Origin: Adineta vaga | Taxonomy: Eukaryota; Animalia; Rotifera | Length of the DNA stretch: 64,000 bases | Assembly: GCA_021613535.1 (NCBI GenBank) | Contig: CP075492.1 | Location: forward strand, 15,314,001-15,378,000 | Direction of reading: 5' to 3' | Part shown: in pieces, positions 1 through 12,572 of the stretch | Layout of the letters: every line of letters starts with the position of its first letter | Position numbering within the stretch: the first letter of the stretch is position 1 | Translations under genes and position numbers: made by a program | Notes under the pieces: model-generated | What the model was told of the DNA's origin: nothing | Seen by the model: the letters and a program-made list of their open reading frames with translations, nothing else | Database searches by the model: none

Positions 1-235
1 GTATATTGTGATTTATCCATTTCTTACATGTCCGATCATTGCTCAAAAGACATAAAAAAAATTTTGACATTGTTTTTGAACGTTTATTTTCAATAAAATC
101 TGAGAGATCTCAAAGAAAAGAAAAATAAGCAAAGCAAAAGTATAAGCGAATAAAACTGATATTGATTATGGTTTTTGTCAAGAAAAAGCGTGCTCAACAG
201 TCTATTTTAGTTTCGAACATTTACTGCTGTATGGT

Positions 236-894
236 TCAATTCGCTGTCGTTTTTTTCTGAATATATATTTCGATAAAGTTCATCATACGTGGTATCATAA
301 ATCTCAAAGCTGTTACTAAACCTCCAACAAGACCAATAATTGTTGTAATTATATAAATAATTGTATTTTTCACGGTAGAAACATAAGTACATTGTAATGG
401 CGAACATTCATTGAAATAATTCTCATACATAATTGTTTTATTCCATTGATCAATCATTAATTGATTAGTTACGTCTAACATCGTTGTATTTGTTGTAAAA
501 TGAATTAATAACGATGAATCTAATGGCGTCATATTTAATGCTGATGACATGGAATAGAATGATTCAACTGCATCAATACATGTTTGATTATAAAAACATG
601 GTAAATCCGATTTATTTTAAAAACCTGGAATCAACAATAACGGAATTCCTGTAATTGCATAATAAAACCCAATGAATGCCATACATGTTGGTGTATGATC
701 ACAATAACATTTCTTGTACATTTCCGATGGAAGTGTTATTACATTTTCATTAATATTAACTTATCATCATAAAATTATATAAGAGAAGAAAGCCGTTCAT
801 TTTGAAGTTCATGTTCATCCGTTGAAGGTGGTATTGAAGGAAATACATTAAGATTTTGAAAATAAACTTTTATTTCGCCAAAGAAGCGTCCCAT
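236..894 (-). pseudogene. Degenerate, internally deleted member of the 2-TM Cys-rich family also seen at 38042-42024
   Basis: N-terminal piece YFQNLNVFPSIPPSTDEHELQNERLSS resembles LKQLNLFKKYDATRNDPYELQTSRIAT (39414 module). C-terminal piece LMIDQW...YENYFNECSPLQCTY...IITTIIGLVGGL matches the end of each module. The middle is missing and contains stops. Confidence 0.7.
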
Positions 895-2577
895 AGAGTC
901 ACAAATGAGTAGCACTGAATACAAAATATTTTGATTTTTACAGATAATTATTTGAAATAAAATGAAGTGTATGAAAAGGAAAGATTTTTCTGTAATTATC
1001 GAGACTGATTGAGTGCTTATTATGATTAGAATCGTTCTTTTTTTCAACTAACATATACAATTTTAGTTTTCATTGATGTTGATTTTAACATTTTATCAAA
1101 AACTTTACTAACGTATAATTCAGTACAAGAGATAAAAAAACTATTTTAATGATCAAAATACATCGTATGGGCACAAAAATCACCTTAAATTACATTCTTC
1201 TGTCCATTTCTATGAACAGGATAAAAGTTCTAACGAATTGCATCATTTTAGATAGTTTATTACAGTCAATCTTGATTATATCGATCGGGTATGTTTTCTC
1301 AAAAAGATATTAGAAAGTCAACTTACTACTATTTTGTTAAATATGCTTTGTTTCAATGCACGTTACGATGAAAACCGAAGAGCAACTTACTATGAGTGTT
1401 AAAAGAACTACAAAATGAAATGCAATTCTTATCGAGTAAAAGAATAAATACTTCAGCGATGAATTTTTAATTATGACATTACGTGAGAAAAAAATACAAA
1501 CTACGAATGGTACCTAATCTTAGTATAATGGAAAGAATTGCACATTTCAAAACGAAAAAGAAAATTTGTATTTCTTCATGATTAATCTTCTGTAAAATGC
1601 AGGAACAGAAGTTCCTGAGCCACCTCAGTTTACAATATATTTGTATATACATAGGTTATCAACACAACTTCTCGGAATTTCAAATATTTGAATTAGTCTT
1701 CACGATGCTCTGTAAAAAGTTTTTTCGTTTGAATGGACTTCTACAAGACTTTCTGGTATTCTTGAATACATATCGAATTGAGCTCCATGGTTATTAATGT
1801 AGTTAAACTAGTAGCATCTGAATCTGTATCAAGCGTACATTTGAGCAACTGAATAAGCAAAAGATGGAAGGAACAAGGCAAGGCCTATATCGTGAATAAA
1901 TAATAAGTTTAAATTTTCTTTGTAAGAATAATCAAAATCAGAAATAATATAATAGCGGTTATTGGACGATCAATTTGAAGATCATCTTTGAACGTCTCTC
2001 GTTCATTTCAAAATCGATGAATCTAATGAGTTATTGTACTATATAAAGTAATACCTTGTCCACAATTGATAGCTAATTCGTCATTAACAATAAATTAAGA
2101 GGAATAAGAATTTATCTTCATCAAAGAATCACACCTTTCTTTCAAATTTGTTCCAATTTTAAACAGTAAAAAGAATACAATAGTTCTTGTTAAAAGAAAC
2201 ATTTACTTAATAATATCTTTGTTGCAAAAAAAGTAGAGCATTTAGAAAACATTTCTTTACAACAAAAAAAGATAAAGAAAAAAAAACTTCGTATATATGC
2301 ACGCATAACTACTCTTTCATAAAACGGTTCTAAAGAGAGAAAAAAACCTATTCTTTCATTACATTGATGTATAGAATATGAGCGGAATTTCTAGAATATC
2401 TAAAATAAATACGAAGAAGATAGATATAAATAAGGGTTAGAAATAATCCATCGCTTCCAAAAATCAACCATTAACGAATCACATCATTTACAGTCTACCA
2501 GTAGTTGTAATTATAACCTATAATAAGTATATAAAATCACGTCCTTTCGATGAACTTGAAGAATTTCTATTATAAGA

Positions 2578-3120
2578 TCAATTTCTAAGTTTCGTTCTGA
2601 CGATTTCAATATGATCTTCGACTAAGATTACGTTAGGATGCGAAGGTAGTAAAGAAGCATTACGATGAATTTGTTTTTGCTTTTTGTAAGAAAGATAAGG
2701 TTTGTTCGAAGTCTTCTTTGTGGCTGCACATAAAACCGATGCATTAATAGATTCTGCCGATTTGTGATTGATTCCTTAGAACTGATTTATTTTTTATTTC
2801 AAGTGCGCGATTGTATTGTTCGAGAACGAGATCATACTCATCTAGATAGACATAGATAATCATTACGTTGTGCTGGTGATAGCTTTTCTTGAATAATCAT
2901 GGCTTTGTTATATCGTTTTTTAGTGTCAGAATATACATTGACAGTACTGTTTTAATAAACAGCAATGTCAGCATTTCCTGTTTCTTATGTTTTGTAATAT
3001 ACATAATTGCAGTTTTCTTTAAGAGAACGCATTCTATTCGGTTGAATGTTTGCGAGTTCCTGGAACTAGTTGGAACTGATTTTGCTATGCACAACATCGT
3101 GAAGTACGGATGATTACTTA
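2578..3120 (-). pseudogene. Degenerate TPR-repeat C-terminal fragment (ART-TPR family type)
   Basis: Manual minus-strand translation gives YDLVLEQYNRALEIKNK...QIGRIY*CIG...FEQTLSFLQKA...LLPSHPNVILVEDHIEIVRTKL*, typical of terminal TPRs like those at the end of 7095-8924. Multiple stops and frameshifts. Confidence 0.5.
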
Positions 3121-3128
3121 AAATGAGT

Positions 3129-3446
3129 GATGTCATAATCCCATTACACCCAGTATCCATAAAAAAGCAACCAACTGACCACGTTACCCTATGCGGCATC
3201 CACTTCTCATAGTTCACTATTGCCTCTAAAGCAGTAAGAAGCGTACCAACTATACTATGCATATCGTTACCCCAATATCTGACTATATTCCTCAAGCTCA
3301 AGGATGGCTGTATTTTTGCTGGGGTATTGAAGTCATTACCCTTGGATCGAATGTGATAATATGAATACCAATATTCTTTCGTAGATCAACTTCAGGGTAT
3401 CGTGACGTTTGGCAGTCGATACCCAGTGTAATGGTATTATGACATC
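3129..3446. mobile_element. MITE-like element with 21-bp terminal inverted repeats
   Basis: 3129-3149 GATGTCATAATCCCATTACAC vs reverse complement of 3426-3446 GATGTCATAATACCATTACAC (20/21). No convincing coding capacity; no clear TSD. Confidence 0.6.
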
Positions 3447-4361
3447 TGTGCTTAAAATATCTAGTCTTTTATAAAATACAGATGGTCCAATGCTGTATCT
3501 TTTAGTATTCTATGGATCTTCTGGTAAATCCATTTGATGGTAAGAAAAGGAATTAAAAGTACTGATCGTCCAGAATGGAATATGCTTTGTTTGTAATTAA
3601 GCCATTGATACCGACACTCATATCCTGATGATAATCATTATTAAAGTCATTCATAAAAGAACCATTCTCTTGGCAATGATGCTGATTGCCAGGAGACCAA
3701 CTATAAATTTATGAAACAACTGCATATGAGTAATAAAGAAAGAATCTTCACAAAATAAAAATAACATTTGTACGAAATTATTTTTCATGAAAAGATCTAT
3801 TGTTTCTATCAAATAAGCGCGAGTAACAAGTTCATTTGTATCTCAATATGACTTCTAAGATTATTATAATTGATAGAAATAAGACATTAGTTTCAATGAT
3901 ATCTTTCATTCTTTTGTTGACGTCATAGAACTCTTAAGAATTAGTATCCTCATGAAAGGTTTCTCTTGATTAAACTGAACATTTCTAGTTCGATACTATT
4001 CATGCTGAAATCTGCATCTTCATTTTCGCTAATTGAATCGTAATTTGCTTTAAAACAATCACTCTCTTTTCGAGGTTCTTTTAAAACTGACTTAAAATTT
4101 GAAAACTAAACATTTTGTACATGTGAAAAAAAAATCTTATATTGATAGTAGAAACATCTCATTCTTCGTCTGGCGTTATTATTGATTGACTTAACCCTTT
4201 GAACTAGCGCCTGTGTTTCGTAACTCATAATATAAAATTATCAAAGTAACTTAATGAAAACAAATACGTCAGAATACATTTTTATCTAGTTATTAAAGCT
4301 TGAAGCGATTTAATAAGAATAAAAATAAACCATCGCATACTTTCTCATCATTTCATTCGAA

Positions 4362-5440
4362 ATGTCCGCAAATGACACAACCAGTAACGTTACTTTATTT
4401 ACAGTATCAACTACAACCGTGATTCTCGATATTATATTGAATCGATTTGTGGTTCTCTTCCTTTAGTATTTATTATTTTTGGTTCAATTGGATTTCTTGG
4501 AAATGTTCTTACTTATTTACAACCTGAACTTCGTTCAAATACATGTTGTATTTATTTACTTTGTGGCTCAATCGTCGATATGATGCATCTTTTTATCAAT
4601 TTATTAACAATTTATCTAGGTGGAATGTATGGAATCTATATTCCTTGGACAAGATTACCAAATCTGTGCAAATTTCAAATATTTATTCTTGGATTTTTAC
4701 CTCACTTATCAATTAATTTCTTATTGATGGCAATTATTGATCGATATGCTTCGACATGTAGTTTCACATCATCAATTCGTCGTATCAATCACCTTAAAAT
4801 GGTTCCATGGGTCATTGGTTTTTCTATTTTTACTAGTTTTTTAGCATTAACACGTCCTCTTATTTTCTATGAGTATACAAATATGTTCGGATGTATCGCA
4901 TCACAATCATTAACGAATAATATTTTATATATTATATTGAATGGTCTTATGCAACCAATAATAATGTTTGTATTCGTTATGCTGACCTTTCGAAATGTTC
5001 AACAGAGTCGTAAACGAGTCGTAAGTTGATTTCATGCCTTTAAAAACTAGACGAAATTTATTTTTTTTTAGGCAGGAACAGGAACAGAAACTGATGTACG
5101 TCGTACTCGAAATCAATTCATTAAAATGATCTTTACACAAATTCTTGCAACAGCTCTTATTTCATTACAATGGATGATTATGTTTGCATTATTTACTTCT
5201 CTTATCAATAATGTTCACAATTTTGAACAATGGTTTATTATATATTTTACTTATATTCTAACAAATTATTGTTATTATTTAAATAATGTGAAATCATTTT
5301 ATATTTCAATATTTACATCACATCAGTTTCGTAAAACATTTACTAAAGCAGTGATTACATTATTACCGCGTCAGTTACAGCACCGATGGCAAACAGAACA
5401 AGCAACTGTTCTCAATATAACTCTAACAAGAGTAAAATGA
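4362..5440 (+). CDS. Rhodopsin-like 7TM GPCR (2 exons; 1-nt frameshift near 4447)
   Basis: ATG 4362. TM1 IFGSIGFLGN, then CIYLLCGSIVD and MAIIDRY (DRY motif). Intron 5021-5071 joins in frame to ORF 5126-5440 (SFYISIFTSHQFRK). Confidence 0.8.
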
Positions 5441-5829
5441 AGAGAGCTCAAGAAAAAAAACTAATAATTTTATTTTCGTTGTAATGTATCGATGTTGTTT
5501 ATTAATCTATCGTTGTAATACATACCATCTGATGTTCCATGATTTATTTTTGTAGATCTGTTGGAAAGCAAGTCTGTTATTATTGAGAAATAAATGTAAA
5601 AGCATCGGAGAAAAAGTCATTAATAAATCACATCAATAGTATAGAATACAAGATGATTGTTTCCTTTCTATTTGATTATTCATAGGAAAATGTATGATTC
5701 TTATTTTTGTCATATTTTCTTACATTAACATATAATTGTCATAATTGATTTCTTTATATTTCTTACCTAAATTATGCACGATAGGAACATTGCTTGCTGT
5801 ATTTTATATAATTTCAAATCAATTATTCC

Positions 5830-6316
5830 ATTCATCTCAGTGGGAAGATATAGTTCGAGATCCAGTATCGAATGGGCTTTAAGATACGGGATGAAAAATA
5901 ATGTTTTCGGTGATTTATTGAATGTGGTGTTTGGAGAGGTGGAAGTTCAATTTTTGCTCGGGCTATTCTTAAAGCATTGAATAGTATACTAATCGACATG
6001 TCTGGTTAGCTGATTCATTTCATGGATTATTACCAAAGACGAGAACCATAAATGATAATATCATATATGGTCGAAAATGAATTATTTAAAGGTATTTATA
6101 TCTAAAATATTAAAAGAATGCGAATCTCTTTATATTTATTTAGGTTTCATTATAGAAGAAGAAGTTCAAACAAATTGTCGTGCATTTAATTTACTTGATG
6201 TTCATGTTCATTTTTGCAACGGTTTGTTTGTTGATTCACTTCCACATTGTAATATTTCTCAAATAGCTGTTTTTCGAATGGATGGTGATATGTGCGAATC
6301 AACGATACTATGGTGA
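5830..6316 (+). pseudogene. TylF/MycF/NovP-family SAM-dependent O-methyltransferase relic
   Basis: Across frameshifts: GD.IECGVWRGGSSIFARAILKAL..RHVWLADSFHGL; then, after a putative intron ~6091-6143, EEVQTNCRAFNLLD.HVHFCNGLFVDSLP...IAVFRMDGDMCEST. These match the TylF motifs E-x-GVWRGG, DSFxGL and RLDGDMYEST. Truncated at both ends. Confidence 0.75.
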
Positions 6317-7094
6317 TCAATCAGGACGTTATTGGAAAAAAACAAAAAATATTCAAATAGAAATGGATCGATATAAACCATTAATATGTTCGAGACTAAA
6401 GACAGTCGGAAAATATACTTAGTATGTACACTGGCACTGTTTTCGAAGTGTTGATTTTTTTATTTGCATAAACTGCTAACATTCCACCCATCTTTGTTTT
6501 TTTTTGTGAAGAAGAAATCGATAATAGGTAAAAGTGTGGAATATTTCGGGATTGAATTAAGTTTCCTAATATAGAACTCCTAATCTGATCATCTAACTAT
6601 TTTGTTTATACAATTACATAGTAACTTATCTTATTCATATTCTGTTGCTTCACTTTGTTTCTAATTCAGATTTCTCAATGTTCTTCCTTGTAATGTTTTT
6701 TCAATTCAACAAGAATACTATTATATCCTCTTAAAGACTCACTAGAGTACGGAACAAAGTATAAACATACAAGATTATGTATTTACGTATTTTTTTCATC
6801 TTATTGTACTATCAGTTTTCACTAATTAAATATAGAAATATGAATAAAATCTATAATAGGGTTCTACAAATGATGTTGTCTTTTATATTAAAAATATTGA
6901 TTGAAACTTGTTGAGCACTTTTCATTGGGATAAAAATCATTATTCCTGATTTTTACGAGTTTTGTTTCTAATTAATAAATATGTTATCAGATTTCGCTTT
7001 TATTTACCTGTGTTTAAAGAAAATGTTTATCGTCGCAGTCTTTATCTTATATCAACAAAGAAAGAGTCATAGAAAAAAGAAATTAGTCAGTCAA

Positions 7095-8924
7095 ATGGGT
7101 GATAGAAGAGATGATGCATACGAAACATACAATATTAAATGTATTTGGATGGATAAAGTGCTCGATGTTAACAATACTCGGTATCGTAAATTAATTAAAC
7201 GAGTAAAATCTTTTATGCATGATTTTATCACGTATCATGATGCTTCTGAATATATTAAATCGACTGAAAATCTCGATGGGAAAAACTGTTTGGTGATTAT
7301 TTATGATAGTCTTGAAGAACCGACGTTCTCTTGTATACATGCTATGTTGCAAATCGATTCGATTTTTATCTTTTGTGAAAATAAACAACGATATGAATCA
7401 TGGTGGAAAGATTATTCGAAAATTAAAGGTATTTTCACAGATGTTACACTTCTCTGCCAAGCACTCAATCAAACATCGATTCAATATGAACGAAATATGA
7501 TTCCAATTAGTTTTGTACATGATTCAACTGTCGATCGACTCGATCCATCATTTATGTACACACAGATTTTAAAAGAAATTCTCTTAACTATTGATTTCAA
7601 CGAAAAACATTTCAAAGAATTCATTCGTTATTGTCAAAAAATCTTTCATAGCAATGATCTTGAATTGAAAAATATCAAGAGTTTAGAAAAGGAATATTAC
7701 AGATCGACGCCTATTCGATGGTACACATGGAATGCATTTCTTTATCATATGCTCAATGGTGCATTGAGATCCATGGATGTTGATATTATCATTCGTATGG
7801 GTTTCTTCATTGGTAGTCTTTATCGACAGATTGAACAGCTTCATTTGGAACAATTAGGAACGAATTATTCGAATGGTTCATTTCTAGTTTATCGTGGTCA
7901 AGGTTTAAATAGAATAGATTTTGATGAAATGAAAAAGAGTAAAGGTAGATTAATATCATTTAATAATTTTTTATCGACAAGTAAAGATCGTACTGCATCG
8001 AAGAAATTCGCTTTAAAAGCTACAATTAATCCAAATCTAATTGGAATTCTGTTTATTATCAAAATTGATCCAAATCAATCAACAACATCATTTGCATCAA
8101 TTGCTGATCTTAGTTGGTATCCCAAAGAACATGAAGTTCTCTTTTCTATGCATGCAGTCTTTCGTCTTGGAGATATCGAAATAATGAAAGAAAATGATCA
8201 ACTCTATGAAGTCAATTTAATATTAACCAATGAGACAGATGAAGATCTTCTAGACTTGACTGCTCGTATGCGCGAAGAAATCAATTGCATTGAAAAAGGA
8301 TGGTTTCGTCTTGGATCATTATTGCTTACATTAAATCGTTTTGATAAAGCTGAAGGTGTGTATAACTTTTTACTCAAACAAAAATTGAATGAAGATGAAA
8401 AAGTTTCGGTCTATAATTCACTTGGTGAAATCAAAAGAAATCAAAAAGATTTTAAAAAATCAGTTAAATTTTACAAAAAAGCACTTGATATCGACAAAAA
8501 TTCAACCATTTACAATAATATCGGACTGGTTTATTACAATTTAGAGAATTATCGAAAAGCACTTGAAAATTACAACAAAGCTATTCGAAGAACACAATTA
8601 AACTATAATCTAAATGAAATTTATTTGAGTAGTATTTACAATAATATTGCTTTGGTATATGGTAAAATGTATGATTATGGAACGGCACTTAATTTTCATC
8701 AAAAAGCTCTCAAAATTCAAGAAGATCGACTTCCGGAAAATCATCGTGATATAGCGATGTCTTGTAATAATATTGGTATGATTTATTATTATATGGGCAA
8801 TTCTTCGGGAGCACATGCTTATCTTCAACGTGCAGTTAATATTGGACAATATTCATTAGAAGTGAATCATCCGCATTTCTTATTATATAAAGACAATTTT
8901 GAGCTTATGCTACAAGGAACGTAA
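7095..8924 (+). CDS. NAD:arginine-type (R-S-E) ADP-ribosyltransferase with C-terminal TPR repeats
   Basis: Intronless ORF with ART motifs VYRGQ, NNFLSTS and KEHEVLF. Several TPRs follow (YNSLG, YNNIG, YNNIA, CNNIG). Likely start is ATG 7095 (MGDRRDD); the ORF is open from 6981. Confidence 0.9.
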   Translation: MGDRRDDAYETYNIKCIWMDKVLDVNNTRYRKLIKRVKSFMHDFITYHDASEYIKSTENLDGKNCLVIIYDSLEEPTFSCIHAMLQIDSIFIFCENKQRYESWWKDYSKIKGIFTDVTLLCQALNQTSIQYERNMIPISFVHDSTVDRLDPSFMYTQILKEILLTIDFNEKHFKEFIRYCQKIFHSNDLELKNIKSLEKEYYRSTPIRWYTWNAFLYHMLNGALRSMDVDIIIRMGFFIGSLYRQIEQLHLEQLGTNYSNGSFLVYRGQGLNRIDFDEMKKSKGRLISFNNFLSTSKDRTASKKFALKATINPNLIGILFIIKIDPNQSTTSFASIADLSWYPKEHEVLFSMHAVFRLGDIEIMKENDQLYEVNLILTNETDEDLLDLTARMREEINCIEKGWFRLGSLLLTLNRFDKAEGVYNFLLKQKLNEDEKVSVYNSLGEIKRNQKDFKKSVKFYKKALDIDKNSTIYNNIGLVYYNLENYRKALENYNKAIRRTQLNYNLNEIYLSSIYNNIALVYGKMYDYGTALNFHQKALKIQEDRLPENHRDIAMSCNNIGMIYYYMGNSSGAHAYLQRAVNIGQYSLEVNHPHFLLYKDNFELMLQGT

Positions 8925-9093
8925 CCTTTTTTGTTTCTTCGTTTGTTGATTTAGGTGTTGAGATGATACTTGTGCGACTTTATCTATTCTTTTCGTCTTT
9001 TTCTTGAGATAAGTTTTATATTGACTCAAGAATTATAAAGTAATAAAAGAAAGTTTCATCATTCTTCATTTTCTTTTTCAACATATAACCATT

Positions 9094-11593
9094 ATGTCAT
9101 CAAAAGCAGTTTTAGCATCATCGACCAATACGAGTGTTAAGTCGAATAAATCCGAATCGAAATGGATTAAAGTTTGTTGATCTTTCAACTTAATCTCATC
9201 TGTATCGTTTTTCTTAGTATCGTCGTCCGCTGTTGTTCTTTTTATTGGGTATGGTCCTTGTTTTTATTATCGCTTTGATTGTTCTTCTAACAAAAAAGGA
9301 TTCTTGTGCAAAACCCACTCCAACTCCTCCATCACCTGCGGAATGGAATGCAAGTGATTATCAAACAAATTATGATTATTATCGACATTTTGATCAAAAA
9401 TCTGATCTAACACCGGCCGATAATCTACGAATGGATCGATTATCATCACCAAGATTTTGTCCAGGTGATAGTTCGAAAATAATCTATTTAAGAAAGCAAT
9501 ATCATATGCCGGATTTAAACGGTTCATCAACAACGTTACATTGGGTTGATATGAGTGAACCAATAAAACCAAATACAATACAATTAACTCGTCCAATATG
9601 GGGTATTCATGATCAACAAGTAAGATTAGAGAACGTTATTTGAAAATATTTCTATGAAAGATATTGTGTCTTTAGTTTTATTGGATCGATAAATCAACAA
9701 TTCTTTTTCTATCAAATCGTGGATCATCGAAACTTAATCAAATCTTTCAATTAAATCTTCCATCGGATGTATCAAAAGTCGAAAATTTTATTGAACCAAT
9801 ACAAATAACGGATTTTCCTTTAGATATTGACAATCTTTTAGTCAATCGTCAAGCTACTCGTCTTGCTTTCAGTTGTCAAGTCTATGCAAATTTAACTATC
9901 GAAGATACTGCTACTCGAGTAGCTTCCGAAAAAGAAAGTGGCAGTTTGGTCTATAAATTCGATAAATTATTCATTCGTCATTGGGATGAATATATGACAG
10001 GTTTACGTCATCATCCATTTGTTGCTTCAATCGAACGAGATACACATGGAACATATAAATTAAACTCAACATTAACTGATGTTCTCTTCGGTATTGATAG
10101 TGATTCACCAACGCGTCCATTCGGTGATGCGAAATCACAATGGTCATTTAGTGCTAGTGGAAATTCTTTTGCATTTACAAGACAACATGATGAAAAAAGT
10201 GAAGTCGCATGGTCAACTAATTTGGATATTTATACTGTTGATTTATCTCAATCGGTTAGCCGAATAAATGTATTACCTGTAAGAATCTTGCAGCTGATAC
10301 AGATCCAAAATATTCACCTACGGATGAAAATATCTTAGTCTATCGAGCACAATCAGTTCCTGGCTATGAATCAGATCAATTCAAATTGCAATTATACGAT
10401 GGTAAGAAAAATACTTGAGAAAAATAAACTATATCTTCTAATTTCGGATGTTTTTTTCTCAAGGTACGACAACAAAAACATTATTGGATGATTGGGATCA
10501 AAGTATTCAAGTTGCAACATGGACTAGTAATGGACAATCACTTTTTCTTGAACTAGGTGAACAAGCAAATCATGTTGTTTATCAAGTTCTTGATGTTCTT
10601 ACTTCCAATATAAGCGTGATTCATCGAGGATCTATCAATGGAACTTCACATGATATTAATCCTGATCCAAATGATGATCAAACATTCGTTTTGACGTATG
10701 AAAATTTAGTCCAACCAACAAATATCGTTTTACAAAAAAATACATTCTCATTTCCAGCTACTAAACATAACGAAATGTTAATCGATCGAATACGTTGGAG
10801 TCCTACCTATGAACCATTTTCATTCATTGGTGCACAGAATGATACTGTTTGGGGATGGCATGTTCCACCCATCAATGGTACTACTGGTTCAAAAGCACCA
10901 CTGGCTTTTCTTATTCATGGTGGTCCACAAAATAGTTGGTATAATACTTGGGGTCGTGGATGGAGTTTTCAATCATTTGCTGCTCAAGGTTATGCTGTTA
11001 TTGCGATCAATTTTCATGGTTCAGATTCCTATGGACAAAATTTTACAGATAGTATTACTGGTGAATATGGATCTTTACCTTTCGATGATCTTCAATTGGG
11101 ATTAACAGCTGCTTTAGAAAAATATACTTATATTGATGGTAGTCGAGCAGTAGCTTTAGGTGCAAGTTATGGTGGATATATGATTAATTGGATTGCTGGA
11201 CATCCAGAAATGAGTCAACGTTTTCAAGCACTTGTTAATCATGATGGTTTATTTGATATGCGGGAAATGGCGTATGCTACAGAAGAATTATGGTTTACTG
11301 AACATGATGCAGGTGGTTTTACGCAATATAATAATCCGGAAGCATTTGAAAAATTTAATCCCGTCAATCATGTAGCTAATTGGACACAACCAATGCTTAT
11401 TATTCAAGGTGGACGTGATTATCGTGTCGTTGATACTCAAAGCATTGGTGCATTTACAGCTTTACAACGTCGAGGCATTCCAAGTCGTATGCTTTATTTT
11501 CCCAAAGAAAATCATTGGACCTTAAATCCATTCAATTCCTTGGTTTGGTATCAAGAAATATTTGATTGGATGAAAGAATGGACACAAAAATAA
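9094..11593 (+). CDS. S9-family dipeptidyl peptidase (DPP5-like) with N-terminal membrane anchor; 4 exons; frameshift ~10257
   Basis: Motifs LFIRHWD, IHGGPQ, GASYGGY nucleophile elbow, DYRV (Asp) and ENHW (His). Introns ~9172-9217, ~9620-9675 and 10402-10463. The shifted frame NLAADTDPKYSP...PGYESDQ continues the propeller. Confidence 0.88.
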
Positions 11594-11631
11594 ATTCTTT
11601 ATTTTTTTGTATTTTTTCATCACAAAATAAA

Positions 11632-11712
11632 TTTGAGGGTGTATGGTTTGATGCACCCATCGTCTACACCCTTCATCTGCAGCAACTAAACTCAATCCTT
11701 CCCACCCTATTT
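11632..11712. repeat. Telomere-like hairpin element (G-rich arm...C-rich arm)
   Basis: TTTGAGGGTGTATGG...CCTTCCCACCCTATT, directly after the AATAAA of the peptidase gene. Confidence 0.5.
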
Positions 11713-12194
11713 TGTTTGAATAAAGTTTTTTTTGAACAAATTCTAACATCGATCGGACTTCCTACATACAAAAAGGAGATATATTGCAATAGCATGGCAA
11801 GGAATAGAAGACGTGCATCAAGGATAGTCACCACCATTGTTAAAAAGTGATAGAATGCACAAGAAATGAAAAGCTCATTTTTAACCTGAATATCAGTGAT
11901 CAACAGTATTCAAATCCATTTAAAGATATCGAAAGTTATGCAGTATGTATGCAAAGTTCGTCACTCACTTTCATCATGCTTCTTATTAGTGAATAAAAAG
12001 CTCATACTTTCGTCGATTTTGCATGATAGCCAAAAAATATGAGAGACAAGATAGATGACTGCGGTGATAAAAGTTTATTTGAATAGAACAATTCATATAT
12101 TTTCCTACAACTTTGTAAAAGAATTTTGTCCACAAGCATTTAGGAAGTTGTTATCTGTACAAATGATAATTCAGTTGAATATCTAAAATATGTT

Positions 12195-12572
12195 TTACCA
12201 AACTGGCGTCATTTTTGTTGGTTGTGTTTGATTATTATATGTAGAATACGGTGGAGGTTGATTATTCAACGGCAACTGATTAGAAGGTACTGCTTGACTA
12301 AAACCTGGTGGTGCATACGGATTTCCACCTTGCGCCGTTGTCAGTCGGTTTAATATCGCTGCCTGAGCTACTTTTTGTCTCTTCACTTGCATTATTGTAC
12401 AAACAATCGATACTACAATTAATATTATGAAGAAAACACCACCACCTACTGCAATACCTATAATCGCTTCCGTCGATAATGAACCAGAACCACTACTACC
12501 ACGGCTATAAGAACGTGCGGAGCATATCTGAATAACACAGATCGATAATAATGATAGAAAAAAAGCTTCCAT
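12195..12572 (-). CDS. Small single-pass membrane protein (signal peptide, TM, Pro-rich tail with PPPY; Shisa/CYYR1-like architecture), copy 1
   Basis: MEAFFLSLL signal, AIIGIAVGGGVFFIILIVVSIVC TM, QPPPYS motif. Reading frame is conserved with the paralog. Confidence 0.8.
   Translation of the reverse strand: MEAFFLSLLSICVIQICSARSYSRGSSGSGSLSTEAIIGIAVGGGVFFIILIVVSIVCTIMQVKRQKVAQAAILNRLTTAQGGNPYAPPGFSQAVPSNQLPLNNQPPPYSTYNNQTQPTKMTPVW

Noticed and set aside
2897-3301. 134-aa minus-strand ORF
   Set aside because: Chance frame spanning a MITE and an out-of-frame TPR relic.
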